DNA of 63,982 bases, the filler included, from Octopus bimaculoides (Eukaryota): the NCBI RefSeq assembly GCF_001194135.2. It is 6 parts of 6 records of this genome, joined end to end, with 100 filler letters (N's around TTAATTAATTAA, not from the genome) between each part and the next. Parts side by side here need not be neighbours in the genome. Positions count along the whole stretch, not along the records: positions 17,705 to 27,795 come from NC_068983.1; positions 27,896 to 55,421 come from NC_068993.1; 4 more parts are not named here. The stretch is one strand, 5' to 3'. A program made the translations under genes and the position numbers. Shown here piece by piece: positions 21,761 through 34,217 of this stretch; position 1 is the first letter of the stretch, and the number at the start of each line of letters is the position of its first letter. The notes beneath the pieces were generated by a model. The model was not told where the DNA came from and searched no databases. It saw only the letters and a list, made by a program, of their open reading frames with translations.

Positions 21761-23897
21761 ACGGCACACTCGAACGACAGCCGTATTCGATGTTGTATAG
21801 TAATGAAGGAAGATATATAGTAGAAGACCAGTAATTTCACTAGAATCATACGTAAATCACAAAAGACGGCAGTCTGTGGTGTATGATGTTAAAATAGCCA
21901 AAGCTTGCAACATTATTCACAAGTCATAAATTTGAAGAGAAATCGACCAACAACTATGAATTTAAAACTGTCATTTTGCTTCCACTTTAGTTGATAGCCT
22001 AAACATTTTTGCCTGGCCTTTTGTATTGACCACCATCTCTTTGAAACCTCCCGCATACACCGAGCAGACACAAACTCTATGGCCATTAACAGAAGTATAA
22101 AACAAGAAAAAAGAAAGCAGTATTGAGAAAGTAAACAAATAGTAAAATATTCCGGTATCGCCATAAAAAAATAGTTTAATGTTGTATGGTCATCACGGAT
22201 TTCTTTTATAGCTTTTGTTCATTCTGTCGTTTTTATTATGTTTGTTCGTTTAAAGATGGTTTTGTGGCATTTTTGGCGAAGTTGCTACAGCCAAATGCGA
22301 TACTGCGGAACAGCCTGGCCGGCTACTCTTTTACTGCGTTTGTCACATCTGTCAAAATGAAGAGAAATCAGTATAGAAAATAGTTATTATTGTCTGATTT
22401 ATAAACATTATATAACAAATTATTGGTCGTCTTCCCCTTCAGTCTTCAGCAGCAATCGTTGTCAAAATCGGCCATAATTGTCCGTTATATACAATTTTCA
22501 TTACGCCCGAGTCATATTAACAGCAACAACAACTTATTGGAACATCTGTGTGTCAGACCTTTCTCTAATATTTTAATCCACAGACGTCCGTTCACCCATT
22601 TGTTTCATTCTTTCTATATTTATTTTTATATTCTGTTTTTATTTTTATCTTAATTGCTCTCATTTTTCTACTGTTCTGCGGAAACAAAATGTAGGAAGAA
22701 TACAAAAGTCGATAGTAATTGTGGCAAGGACATTTCACAAATAGGTGGTATTTGCTAGGAAACAACCAAATAGCTAGCATTATATACTCGTAAAAACCCA
22801 GCATATGACGTCATCCCTACTACCTTCTTTCCCCTCACTTGCTTTTTTCAGCCATTTATCTAATTTTATTTTCTTTCATTTGTGGACAAACGCTGTCACA
22901 TCTATTGCAAGGCTGTCAAATATTTCATTCTCCAAGCCATACAATTAAAATACAAAATGAATTCCAAGGAAATTCTTTTGAATTTATTAATATTTGCTTC
23001 AGGCTAAGAAACGCTCTGTGAGAAACTACATACTCATTACTTCATAGAAATGTTTAGGGATAGAGTAACGAATAAAATACGGGTATATAGATGGGTGTAG
23101 AGATAGAAATAAGAAAAGATTTAAATGGAGTACGATGATAAGGTTGGCAACGATACTGGCAAACGTTTAACCTTGCACAGAAAGGAACTCGTTACTATTA
23201 ATGTGAGAAGATTACTGTTTAGTTCTATATCAGCGCTCATCAAGCACACAGCCAGTACAAATTGGTTACTTTTGTATTGCACGACAAAGATACACATAAT
23301 GATTATTTAGGTCAGTAATTTTGAAGGCTGAGATTTTGACGATAGCATCTAACCTAGTACTCTATTTTATTGACTCTTATTTTATTTTACTGACTCCGGA
23401 GGAATGAAAGGCAAAGTCAACCTTCTGGATAAAAACCTTACAATCTGGCTCAAATATAGCTTATTTAATGATAAATGCTATTTCATTTACTATAACTGTT
23501 ACGTATCTATCTATCTATCTATCTATCTATCTCTATGTATATGTATATACCTGTGTGTGTTTCATTATATATATTATATATTATATATATATGTATACAT
23601 ATATGTATATGTATACATTCATACACACACACACACATAATTATAATATATNNNNNNNNNNNNNNNNNNNNNNNNNNNNNNNNNNNNNNNNNNNNNNNNN
23701 NNNNNNNNNNNNNNNNNNNNNNNNNNNNNNNNNNNNNNNNNNNNNNNNNNNNNNNNNNNNNNNNNNNNNNNNNNNNNNNNNNNNNNNNNNNNNNNNNNNN
23801 NNNNNNNNNNNNNNNNNNNNNNNNNNNNNNNNNNNNNNNNNNNNNNNNNNNNNNNNNNNNNNNNNNNNNNNNNNNNNNNNNNNNNNNNNNNNNNNNN

Positions 23898-23932
<35 letters not shown>

Positions 23933-24458
23933 GCATATACCTACATATATATGTATATGCTACGATATTGTGTATGCGCTGTGTAAAGTGTATCTGTGTA
24001 GGAGCACACTTCAGGTCAGTAGTTGAAAAGATAAGATTGTAAACAACTAATCTGTTTGTCACGTTTCTTTCTTTGCAGACAAAGGTATTGTTTTTGAACG
24101 AGACATCTAACAACATATTCAGCCGAAAGTTATTGTTTTTTTAAATTTTTTTTTATTGTATAGATTTTCTTCAGACCAGATAACATAGCTCGAAAAGATG
24201 TTTATTAAATTTGGAAACAGCAGAGTTTGCATTCTATCATGTTCTAATGGTCATTTGTATCTCAGCAAAATGGAAGGAGGGGAAGTTATATGTAAAAAAA
24301 AAAAAAATACTTTACATTCACTCCTCTAGTGAGGTCATGTCTTCGAAGAAACTGATCCTAGTCTTCGATTTACAATAAAACAGAAGACTCCATAGCAACG
24401 TTGATGAGGTATTTAATCTATGATTTTGCCGTTATACAATTTGTGAAGCGTGTGTTGA

Positions 24459-24494
<36 letters not shown>

Positions 24495-25882
24495 AACTAG
24501 TAAGAAAAAGAAAGAAAAATTACGTCCAGAATTCAGGACAGCAATTTGTGATATATTACCTCTGTTCAGATAAATATTACAGATTAAAGACTCATCAGAT
24601 GCCATTCGCCTCCTTGCTTTCAGCCTCGTCAGCTGTCTTCTAATTAACCCTTATATATCATTGCCCCCACTTCTCTTTAAACACATATATTTGTTTATAG
24701 GCAGAAACGTCCTGATTTTGAAATCAAGTAATTTCCCTCAAGATTTTCGTTCCATTTCGATTTGTTATTTGTTCTTATTTAAATTCTGTCTTATGCCTAA
24801 TTAAGTTTAATCCTATTTCGTCAGCTCGACTAATTAAGCTGAATGGACGTACATTACATTAGGGAAAAGATTTAAAAGAGAGAGAAAAACCAAACATAAA
24901 TTAGTGAAAAGAAAATTCTGACGGTAAGACGTACAATTAATTAACCAGCTTAGTTCAATAATTAATGTTGTCTTCACTGCTCTCATTTGACACGATCTTC
25001 TTTTGCTTCTTTCGGAAAAAAAATCCGCCATTAATTCTATTTTATTTCATTCAGTTTTGTTTCATATTAGAATGTTCAACATTAATCAAGTTACAATGTC
25101 CCATTTAACACGTTAACGTGATGATTGAATCGTCTGTCTTTCAAACGCAGCTCATCTATATTTAGCAGCAGAAATATAGTTAAAATACAGTTATTTATGC
25201 AACTGAAACTGGACATCTAGACTTCTGCTGACCGACAGGAGATTTGCGAAACACCCTAGTGATTAACTTGTTATGTATGTATATATATATATATATATAT
25301 ATGTAGACATACACACATACACGCACGCGCATAGTGAAAGATTTCAGGAAATAATTCCTCACAGTGGGTTGACAAAAGATATATCCATCCGTGTACACTT
25401 CTCACTCCTCTAATATATTTATTTTACTTCATAACTTTATATCGCATCTGGTGGACGATAGCGTCGTTGTCGAACACATGGTTGGCCAGTGCACCAATTA
25501 CGCATTCACTCCATATCTTATGGCGAGTGATAGAATAATGTTTCTGTAAACCTGCAGAACAAAAACAAAAGCTTTACTTGCTTGTACTACAATGGACATT
25601 TTAATGAAGAACTATTTTCATAGTTTTTACATATTATAATACATAAGTGAGAGATATAACTCTCTCTCTAACATACTCTCGCTCTCTGTCTGTATCTGTC
25701 TGTCTGTCCGTCTCTGTCTCTCTCTCTCTCACACACACGCATGCATGCACGCATATTCATAGTTTGTGTGTGTGTGTGTGTGTGTGGAAATAAAATGGCT
25801 ACAAATAAGAAAGGAGAGTAAGAAAGGACAGCATGAAATTTATATAAAATAAATAGTTCCCGATTGCCTGCTCTTGAGCAGT

Positions 25883-26110
25883 GGAGGCGCAATGGCTCAG
25901 TGGTTAGGTCAGCGGACTCACGGTCATAGGATCGCGGTTTCGATTCCCAGACCGGGCGTTGTGAGTGTTTATTGAGCGAAAACACCTAAAGCTCTACGAG
26001 GCTCCGGCAGGGGATGGTGGCAAACCCTGCTGTAGTCTTTCACCACAACTTTCTCTCACTCTTACTTCCTGTTTCTGTTGTGCCTGCAATTCAAAGGGTC
26101 AGACTTGTCA
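25883..26110 (+). mobile_element. SINE family A, truncated by a gap
   Basis: Homology to 6470 copy. Confidence 0.9.
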
Positions 26111-26974
26111 NNNNNNNNNNNNNNNNNNNNNNNNNNNNNNNNNNNNNNNNNNNNNNNNNNNNNNNNNNNNNNNNNNNNNNNNNNNNNNNNNNNNNNNNNN
26201 NNNNNNNNNNNNNNNNNNNNNNNNNNNNNNNNNNNNNNNNNNNNNNNNNNNNNNNNNNNNNNNNNNNNNNNNNNNNNNNNNNNNNNNNNNNNNNNNNNNN
26301 NNNNNNNNNNNNNNNNNNNNNNNNNNNNNNNNNNNNNNNNNNNNNNNNNNNNNNNNNNNNNNNNNNNNNNNNNNNNNNNNNNNNNNNNNNNNNNNNNNNN
26401 NNNNNNNNNNNNNNNNNNNNNNNNNNNNNNNNNNNNNNNNNNNNNNNNNNNNNNNNNNNNNNNNNNNNNNNNNNNNNNNNNNNNNNNNNNNNNNNNNNNN
26501 NNNNNNNNNNNNNNNNNNNNNNNNNNNNNNNNNNNNNNNNNNNNNNNNNNNNNNNNNNNNNNNNNNNNNNNNNNNNNNNNNNNNNNNNNNNNNNNNNNNN
26601 NNNNNNNNNNNNNNNNNNNNNNNNNNNNNNNNNNNNNNNNNNNNNNNNNNNNNNNNNNNNNNNNNNNNNNNNNNNNNNNNNNNNNNNNNNNNNNNNNNNN
26701 NNNNNNNNNNNNNNNNNNNNNNNNNNNNNNNNNNNNNNNNNNNNNNNNNNNNNNNNNNNNNNNNNNNNNNNNNNNNNNNNNNNNNNNNNNNNNNNNNNNN
26801 NNNNNNNNNNNNNNNNNNNNNNNNNNNNNNNNNNNNNNNNNNNNNNNNNNNNNNNNNNNNNNNNNNNNNNNNNNNNNNNNNNNNNNNNNNNNNNNNNNNN
26901 NNNNNNNNNNNNNNNNNNNNNNNNNNNNNNNNNNNNNNNNNNNNNNNNNNNNNNNNNNNNNNNNNNNNNNNNNN

Positions 26975-27197
26975 TGTGTGTGTGTGTGTGTGTGTATCTG
27001 TTTGTCCCCTAACATCGCTTGACAACTGATGCTGGTGTGTTTACGTCCCCGTAACGTAGCGGTTCGGCAAAAGAGACCGATAGGATAAGTACTAGGCTTA
27101 TAAAGAATAAGTCCTGGGGTCGATTTGCTCGATTAAAGGCGGTGCTCCAGCATGGCCGCAGTCAAATGACTGAAACAAGTAAAAAAGTTAAAAGAGT
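26975..27197 (+). mobile_element. SINE family B 3' half
   Basis: Homology to 30700-30906. Confidence 0.88.
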
Positions 27198-27391
27198 TAA
27201 TTATGCTTATAGGACGTCCGCTATTGAAGCAGATGTATAGCCTGATTTTAATGAATTTAAGCAAGAAATCAAAGCTTTTGGATGCAATATTAAATTGTGC
27301 TCGCAACCAAAAGTTGTCTTCCCTTACATAAGTATTTCACTACAAAACTTTCCATCAGAAATACCACGGGATTAAAAGACAGCTTACCATA

Positions 27392-27551
27392 TACTTTTAT
27401 TCTTTTACTTGTTTCAGTCATTTGACTGCGGCCATGCTAGAGCACCACCCTCAAGGGGGGTTTTTGTCGAAGAAATCGATTCTAGAACTTATTCTTTGTA
27501 AACCTAGTACTTATTCTATCGGCCTCTTTTGCCGAACTGCTAGATTACAGG
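27392..27551 (-). mobile_element. SINE family B 3' end
   Basis: TTTTACTTGTTTCAGTCATTTGACTGCGGCCATGC.. is the reverse complement of the SINE B tail. Confidence 0.85.
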
Positions 27552-27895
27552 ATGCATTTGTGTTATGCATCCGATGTGCATTTGTGCTATGCATCCGAAC
27601 CGCTAGAATCTCTCAATACCACCATTTACCACGAAGCGAAATCGGAATGTAAATCTGTGAACTCTTAAGTTTATAATGCCACGTGAAGAGGCTCTTTTGC
27701 ACTGCACGTTGCATCTGATGTTATTGCATCGTTCCACGCCCACTAGGGAGCAGAGCAATTGAAGCCGAAACAATTGTAGTGCTAATAAATGCTTTNNNNN
27801 NNNNNNNNNNNNNNNNNNNNNNNNNNNNNNNNNNNNNNNTTAATTAATTAANNNNNNNNNNNNNNNNNNNNNNNNNNNNNNNNNNNNNNNNNNNN

Positions 27896-28212
27896 ACGAG
27901 AGATGCTGAAAACTTTGGGAACTTGTGTCAACGTGGAGGCTTTGCTGTGATCGCTTCATCTCCTAGAAATGGCGATCATATCTCACTCAATTCACTTACT
28001 ATTGTGTGAGAACAAAAATGGATGGATTGGAACGGACATATTGTGTACGAGAGATGCTGAAAACTTTGGGAACTTGTGTCAACGTGGAGGCTTTGCTGTG
28101 ATCGCTTCATCTCCTAGAAATGGCGATTATATCTCACTCAATTCACTATTGTGTGAGAACAAAAATGGATGGATTGGAACGGACATATTGTGTACGAGAG
28201 GTGCTGAAAAGT
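27896..28212 (+). repeat. ~150-bp tandem repeat whose unit starts with a MITE TIR
   Basis: ACGAGAG(A/G)TGCTGAAAA at 27896, 28047 and 28194 (periods 151 and 147). Confidence 0.85.
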
Positions 28213-28410
28213 TCCTGGCTTTGGATAAAAGAATATGCAAAAGGATCAGTTAATTATGATTCTATTTGCGTATACCCTTCTCAGATTCACACGTTTATTG
28301 CAGCTGTCCTTCAGTTTTTCTAAGCCCTGTTAAAAAATCTCGGAAGACTGGGCCTTCAACCAGACCTTTCACGACACTCTTGGAGCCAGGAACTTTTCAG
28401 CACCCCCTCG
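28195..28410. mobile_element. Tc1/mariner-type MITE (~216 bp) with ~27-bp TIRs and TA TSD
   Basis: TA|CGAGAGGTGCTGAAAAGTTCCTGGCT ... AGCCAGGAACTTTTCAGCACCCCCTCG|TA. Confidence 0.88.
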
Positions 28411-28414
28411 TAAA

Positions 28415-28870
28415 TATAGTCCAAGATACACTATATCTGAAAATAGATATCTAAAATGTTTGGAAGTGATATCAACGAAGAATCTTTATACAAATCTCCC
28501 TCAAATGATATCCTATAATCCGAAGATTTTATGAGTCACATTGTATAAATGTAGTCCAACGTACACTATACCTGAAAATTCACTTCTAGAACTTTTGAAC
28601 ACTGAGGAAGCATCATCATTATGCTAGACTTCGTAAAAATGGCAGCTAAATCTCCCTCAGTTGACATCCTACTATCTTAGAAATACATGAAAGGATTGGA
28701 AAGGACACATTTTATAAGTGTAGTCCTTGATACGCTATACCTTAGAATACATACATCTGGAACTTCTGGAACTTGTATCAATGAAGAAGCCTTGTCGTAA
28801 TCGCTCGCTCTGCTTGAAATAGCAACCAAATCTTACGAGGAATTTTAAAGATCATTTAGACTAATTTTAG
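28415..28870 (+). repeat. Diverged tandem copies (135-170 bp) of a dispersed repeat
   Basis: TAGTCC..TACACTATA.CTGAAAAT at ~28417, 28552 and 28721; AAATCTCCCTCA motif shared with ~50600 and ~62880. Confidence 0.6.
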
Positions 28871-29152
28871 ATAGAAGGTAAGACAGTGTCTATGATTTAT
28901 TGTAAGGCTTCCGAGACTGAAAAGGGAGAAATGAAGGAATTGAGTGGGAGAGAGAGGAAAGGATCCTCAAATCAGAGACCAACTTTAATGTGGATTCTAG
29001 TAAAGGCACCTAAGGGTCAGGAACCAAGTAGTTGGGGGTCAAACCAAGAGACAGATTAAGTCTGTCACACGAATAAGCCACGGCAGGATTTGAACTAAGA
29101 ACGGAAAGAGCTACAATAAATGCTTCAAAGCCTCCGATTCGACCTTTTTACT

Positions 29153-29281
29153 GTTCCATGCTGAGAGCATGTCAAATAGTGTTTTTTTAACATGTCTGGT
29201 GTCCTTGCATAATCATCAGACACTACTAGGATACCATATATGTTAAAAAGCACTGTTTGGCATGCTCTCAGCACATGAAAC
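29153..29281 (+). other. Long imperfect hairpin (pre-miRNA-like or tiny palindromic element)
   Basis: Arms 29160-29207 and 29226-29272 pair over ~47 bp, mostly Watson-Crick or G:U on the + strand. Confidence 0.5.
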
Positions 29282-29509
29282 TAATAGCAGCACATAAATA
29301 CATATATTGTATCTATTAAATAATATCGATCTATCACCAAATGGAGTACTTTTTTGCTGATCTTACAATTACAGCCCAATACAATATATATATATATATA
29401 TAATATATAGTGTATATAGCCTTGGGCCAACCAAAGCATTGTGAGTGGATTTGGTAGACGAAAACTGAAAGAAGCCCATCGCATATATATATATATGATA
29501 GATCGTTGA

Positions 29510-29680
29510 CCACAACATTCAAAAAATTTTTTTTCTCCTTGTTCCCCTTATTCTTTCTGTTGAAGAGCGTAGCTCAAAACGTTAAAGACGTTCTCTATTC
29601 CCGAGCGTCAAACTAATACATCCTTTTGTTGTTTACACCACCTGTCCTCGTCTGTTGTTGTTTTTTTCGTAAATTCTCCC
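29510..29680 (+). mobile_element. Penelope-like element terminal fragment with decayed minimal hammerhead-like motif (29552-29588)
   Basis: TCTTT|CTGTTGAA|GAGC GTA GCTC|AAAA|CG|TT|AAAGA, followed by a tail ending in (TACA)n. Confidence 0.5.
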
Positions 29681-29701
29681 ATACATACATACATACATAC
29701 A

Positions 29702-29733
<32 letters not shown>

Positions 29734-29740
29734 CATACAT

Positions 29741-29935
29741 GGCGAAATGCTTAGCGGTATTTCGTCTTATTTTCGTTCTGAGTTCAAATTCCGCCGAGGT
29801 CGACTTTGTCTTTCAGCCTTTCGGGGTTGATAAATTAAGTACCAGTTGCGTACTGGAGTCGATGTAATCGACTGACCTCCGCCCCCACTCCAAAAAAAAA
29901 AAAGAAAAAAATTTCCGGCCTAGAGTAGAAAAGTA
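29741..29935 (+). mobile_element. SINE family C
   Basis: Homology to other copies. Confidence 0.88.
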
Positions 29936-30078
29936 TATTTATCCTTGTATTACGTATTCGATGTTGAATACATTGTGTGTTTGTATAAGGAACAATGAAA
30001 GCGCATACATTGAGGTGAAATTATTGAGGTCACATCGCCAATGGCAGTAAACAGTGGGACGAGTAGGACTGAAGTGTA

Positions 30079-30137
30079 CGGCTGGCTTGCGGGCTGGCTT
30101 GCGGGCTGGCTTGCGGGCTGGCTTGCGGGCTGGCTTG
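30079..30137. repeat. 12-bp minisatellite (GCTGGCTTGCGG)n, ~5 units
   Basis: Direct reading. Confidence 0.9.
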
Positions 30138-30260
30138 CTGGTTGGGTAAGTGGATGGATGGGTGGATAAATAAATAAATGAATGAATATACACAGATACA
30201 CACATATCAATACACGATTTAATGACAAATGTAAACACTCAAACACACACACACACATTA

Positions 30261-30332
30261 GGTGCAAGAATGACTGTGGTTTAGAAGTTTGCTTCCCAAC
30301 CACATGGTTCCACGTTCAGTCCCTCTGCATGG

Positions 30333-30386
<54 letters not shown>

Positions 30387-30906
30387 NNNNNNNNNNNNNN
30401 NNNNNNNNNNNNNNNNNNNNNNNNNNNNNNNNNNNNNNNNNNNNNNNNNNNNNNNNNNNNNNNNNNNNNNNNNNNNNNNNNNNNNNNNNNNNNNNNNNNN
30501 NNNNNNNNNNNNNNNNNNNNNNNNNNNNNNNNNNNNNNNNNNNNNNNNNNNNNNNNNNNNNNNNNNNNNNNNNNNNNNNNNNNNNNNNNNNNNNNNNNNN
30601 NNNNNNNNNNNNNNNNNNNNNNNNNNNNNNNNNNNNNNNNNNNNNNNNNNNNNNNNNNNNNNNNNNNNNNNNNNNNNNNNNNNNNNNNNNNNNNNNNNTG
30701 TGTGTCTGTGTTTGTCCCCCCAACATCGCTTGACAACCGATGGTGGTGTGTTTACGTCCCCGTAAGTTAGCGGTTCGGCAAAAGAGACCGATAGAATAAG
30801 TACTAGGCATCCAAAGAATAATTCCTGGGGTCAATTTGTTCGACTGAAGGCGGTGCTCCAGCATGGCCACAGTCAAATGACTGAGACAAATAAAAGAGTA
30901 AAGAGT
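30261..30906 (+). mobile_element. SINE family B spanning a gap at its internal microsatellite
   Basis: Head at 30261-30330, (TACA)(TA)n, N gap, then 3' half at 30700-30906. Confidence 0.8.
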
Positions 30907-30938
30907 ATATATATATATATATATATATTTCCCTCTAG

Positions 30939-31070
30939 CAAATCCACTCACAAGGCTTTGGTCGGCCCGAGTCTTGAGTAGAAGATACTTGCAGTAGGTG
31001 CCACTGAACCCGGAACCATGTGGAACCATGTGGTTGGTAAACAAGCTACTCTACCACACAGCCACTCCTG
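30939..31070 (-). mobile_element. SINE family B 5' half
   Basis: Reverse-complement homology; 10-bp internal duplication GGAACCATGT. Confidence 0.85.
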
Positions 31071-31190
31071 GTCCAACTAAAATATATTTCCACGTAGAGT
31101 ATTTTGCAGATTCTTTTTGCTTGAATTTGATTACTTTCTCCCGACTTCGTTATATTAAATCTGAGAAAATATTTAAAATGGAGACATTTG

Positions 31191-31580
31191 TCTTTTACCT
31201 TTTACTTGTTTCAGTCATTAGACTGCGGCCATACTGGGGCACCGTCTTGGAGAATGTTTTTGTTTTTTAGTCGAATAAATTGACCCCCGTACTTAGTGTT
31301 TTTTTTAAAGCCTAGCACTTCTTCTATCGGTCTGTATTGCCGACCAGTAAGTTACCATGACATAAACGCACCAACACCGGTTGTCAAGCGGTATCAGCAA
31401 CAAACGCAGAAACATGTAGCGCATATGTATATGAGCGATGGGCTTCTTTCAGTTTTCGTCTGACAAATCCACTCACAAGGCTTTGGTCGGCCGAGACTAT
31501 AGTAGAAGACACTTGCCCAAGTGAGACCGAGCCCGGAACCATGTGGTTTGGAAGGAAGCGTCTTACCACCGAGCCACGCC
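31191..31580 (-). mobile_element. SINE family B, older full-length copy
   Basis: Both halves recognisable. Confidence 0.82.
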
Positions 31581-31620
31581 AGTGTTATCAAACATTCTTA
31601 CTTATTGTTTCAAATATCTA

Positions 31621-31815
31621 AGGCGGTGAGCTTGCAGAGCCGTTCGCTTGCCGGTAAATAGGCTTTGCGGCGTTTCTTCCAGTTCGTTATCTTCTAAGTT
31701 CAAACCTCGCCAAGGTAGACTTTGCTTTTCATCCTTTCGGGGTCGATAAAATAACCACTGGGGGTTGACGTAATCGACTAACTCTCTACCTGGGCTTGTA
31801 CCAAAATTTGGGACC
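31621..31815 (+). mobile_element. SINE family C
   Basis: Homology to other copies. Confidence 0.85.
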
Positions 31816-32699
31816 ATACTTAAAATATATCCGGCTTTCGTTTGATGAGATGAATTGACGAAATCGTTAGAACACCGGATAGAAAATATTGAGGAATTTC
31901 TTCTGGTTCTCTGCGGCACACCTAGCATCGTATCGTGGCACACCAGTGTGCCGCAGTATATCGGTTGCAGAGCATTGGTTTATAGTCACTTAAAGGACAG
32001 AAAAACGATCTCAGTAGCAACAATGGTATTTAATAGAACCCGTATAGAAACATTAAAAGCAACGTCCTGGAGACAAATTTGAAAGAGCCGTTCAGTAAAT
32101 ATTCTCTTTTCATTCAATAGACATCTGTTTTATGTCAAACAGTTAATAAGATCTTCCTTCAACTTCTTTTATTTCTATATTCGAACATCTAAACAATCTT
32201 CCCCCACTTAACTGCCATTCTTATTAAGAAACGTCAAGGAAGGTGTGTGTGTGGGGGGCTTTTAAAAAGTTTTAGGTATGAATACTGAAGCACACGACTT
32301 CCGTCATTACGAACTGGAAGCATACAGGGTGAATTGTTTGTTGAGGGTTAGATAATGTAAATAACGTGTATGTATTAACACCTGTTGGTCGACTTATTCA
32401 AAAATATCTCTGACTTAGATTAACGTCTGAATAACATCTAATTAACCATTACAATTCTTAATTCGTACTACGCGCGCGCGCGTGTATGTGTACACACATA
32501 TATATGTATGTGTGTGAGTGTGTGTGTGTGTGTGAGTGTGTGTGTGTGTGTGCGTATGTGTGTGTGAGTGAGTATGATTTCTTGCCAATAGAGAAAGAGC
32601 CGGTTTCTAACCCAGAGTCAAGGCTCTTTCATTGGAATTCTAACATCAACAACAGGGTATGTATGTATGTATGTATGTATGTATACGTGTAGATTTGTA

Positions 32700-34100
32700 T
32701 CGTTTATGTGTGTTTTCTCATGCATATAGTTGCATATCTAGACGTGCTCATATATATTTAAATGATAAACTTCTAGGAAGTTTTACAGATTTTTACTGTT
32801 CCAGTGATGGATTGCATCTGCAATCCGGCTTGTTATGGCCGCTATATTGACAGATATTTTGATGAGAATGTTCCATCAATATTCGTTGTGTTGATGTTTA
32901 TGTATGTATTTAATAACAGAAGGGGATTCTCTATAGTTATTTTTTCCGAATGACTCTGTATTTTGTTTTAGCCACAGCGTCGTATTGCTTAAGGAGGTAG
33001 TACTTTGATGACATTTTGGGACAGCTGCTAATCATATCACAGAGATTTGACATAATCTCCATTTCCGGTTGCATCTTAGGGCTCGAAGGGCTTCCCTCTT
33101 TCTTTTGTTTATTAGGTATTTCGTAGTGATATCCTGTTCTTAGTTTGCAAATACATAGCCTTCGAAGAGTGATGTGATGTGACGGTCACCATTCAAAGAG
33201 AGACTGCAATCCATGTTGATATCACTGTCTTCTTCAAGTCTGCGTGAAACATACCCACGCCATTTTGGTATACGGTATACTAAGCGTTTCACATCCAGGT
33301 CATCTTTGAGGTGTAGTGACGTCACATTGGCGCCAAAAGGCCGACGCCATTGCTGAATCCTTAACCACGCATGCGTGGGTTTCAACATCGAAGCGTTCCC
33401 GCTATTAGACTGTCTCTTACCAACCCAGACAGCGACCAAGCAAGACGTCTAAGCAAGCTCTCCCATTTGAGTGTGGTTGAACCAAATTGTCTCTATAACG
33501 ACACCAGCTCGAAGAACCGTACATCTACATTTCAGGCTACTCTAAAACCGGACAATTAGAAGCTGTTTTATTTTCCACCGAACAATAAATATTTGTTGTT
33601 GTTGATCAGTTTGGAGTTTCTGCGTTCAATTCTCTTCCAATTTAATGTAGGAAAGTTAGGTGTATATCTAAAGATATATAACCCACTCTCCTAAAGAGGT
33701 ATGTTAGTCCAGTTGCTTTGGGGCTGAATGGGAAGTTACAGCAAGAGAATGCTTCTTGAGTCATTGCTGACATGTAGGATGTTATATTCTTCGCTTTTCG
33801 GCATTAAGTTTATGTATTTATTTAAGTTACTATTGCTTAACTGTTGCTGCCTGTGAGAGATTACACGACATTCGAATGGGCTTGAGATCTACACCGATCT
33901 TAAGCTTTTATCTCCTTCATCGCTTCTCAGTTAGAGGCTGTCGGTATCACTTTTTCTGTGAAAGTTTCCTTTTAATTTAGGGTCTTGCGAGATTTGATGT
34001 CTATGGAGTAGATTTCTTCCACATCCCAGTAAGCATTCCAAATGTTAGAACCAGCACAAGTACTGCAAATGCATTGTACGATATTGTCTTGTCGTAAGAG
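32700..34100 (-). pseudogene. Decayed RLE-type (R4/Dong-like) non-LTR retrotransposon 3' region
   Basis: Minus translation NAFAVLVL..WDVEEIYSIDIKSRK..FHRKSDTDSL..; ITSLFEGYVFAN*EQDITTKYL..K(W)RLCQ..(S)CPK..YYL..DAVAK; ..HNKPD. This is the post-RT region, CCHC knuckle and the start of the RLE domain. Confidence 0.78.
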
Positions 34101-34217
34101 AAAAGTCCCGACTGTCATATAGTATATATATAAATATACATACATATACACATGTACGTATGTATGTATGTGTGCGTGTGTGTGTGTGTGTGTTTCTGTG
34201 AGAGAGAGAGAGGGAGA

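Noticed and set aside
24575-24605. Other CTGATGA/CTGAAGA matches (24593, 22440, 24170, 43722, 60266)
   Set aside because: No stem II-GAAA-NUH arrangement follows.
25430-25553. Strong minus-strand acceptor followed by a 42-codon frame (LQKHYSITRH..)
   Set aside because: No homology and no supporting donor; cannot be tied to a gene.
32470-32482. (CG)n runs (also 50088-50102) as Z-DNA elements
   Set aside because: Short derivatives of adjacent (CA/TG)n microsatellites with no independent evidence of function.
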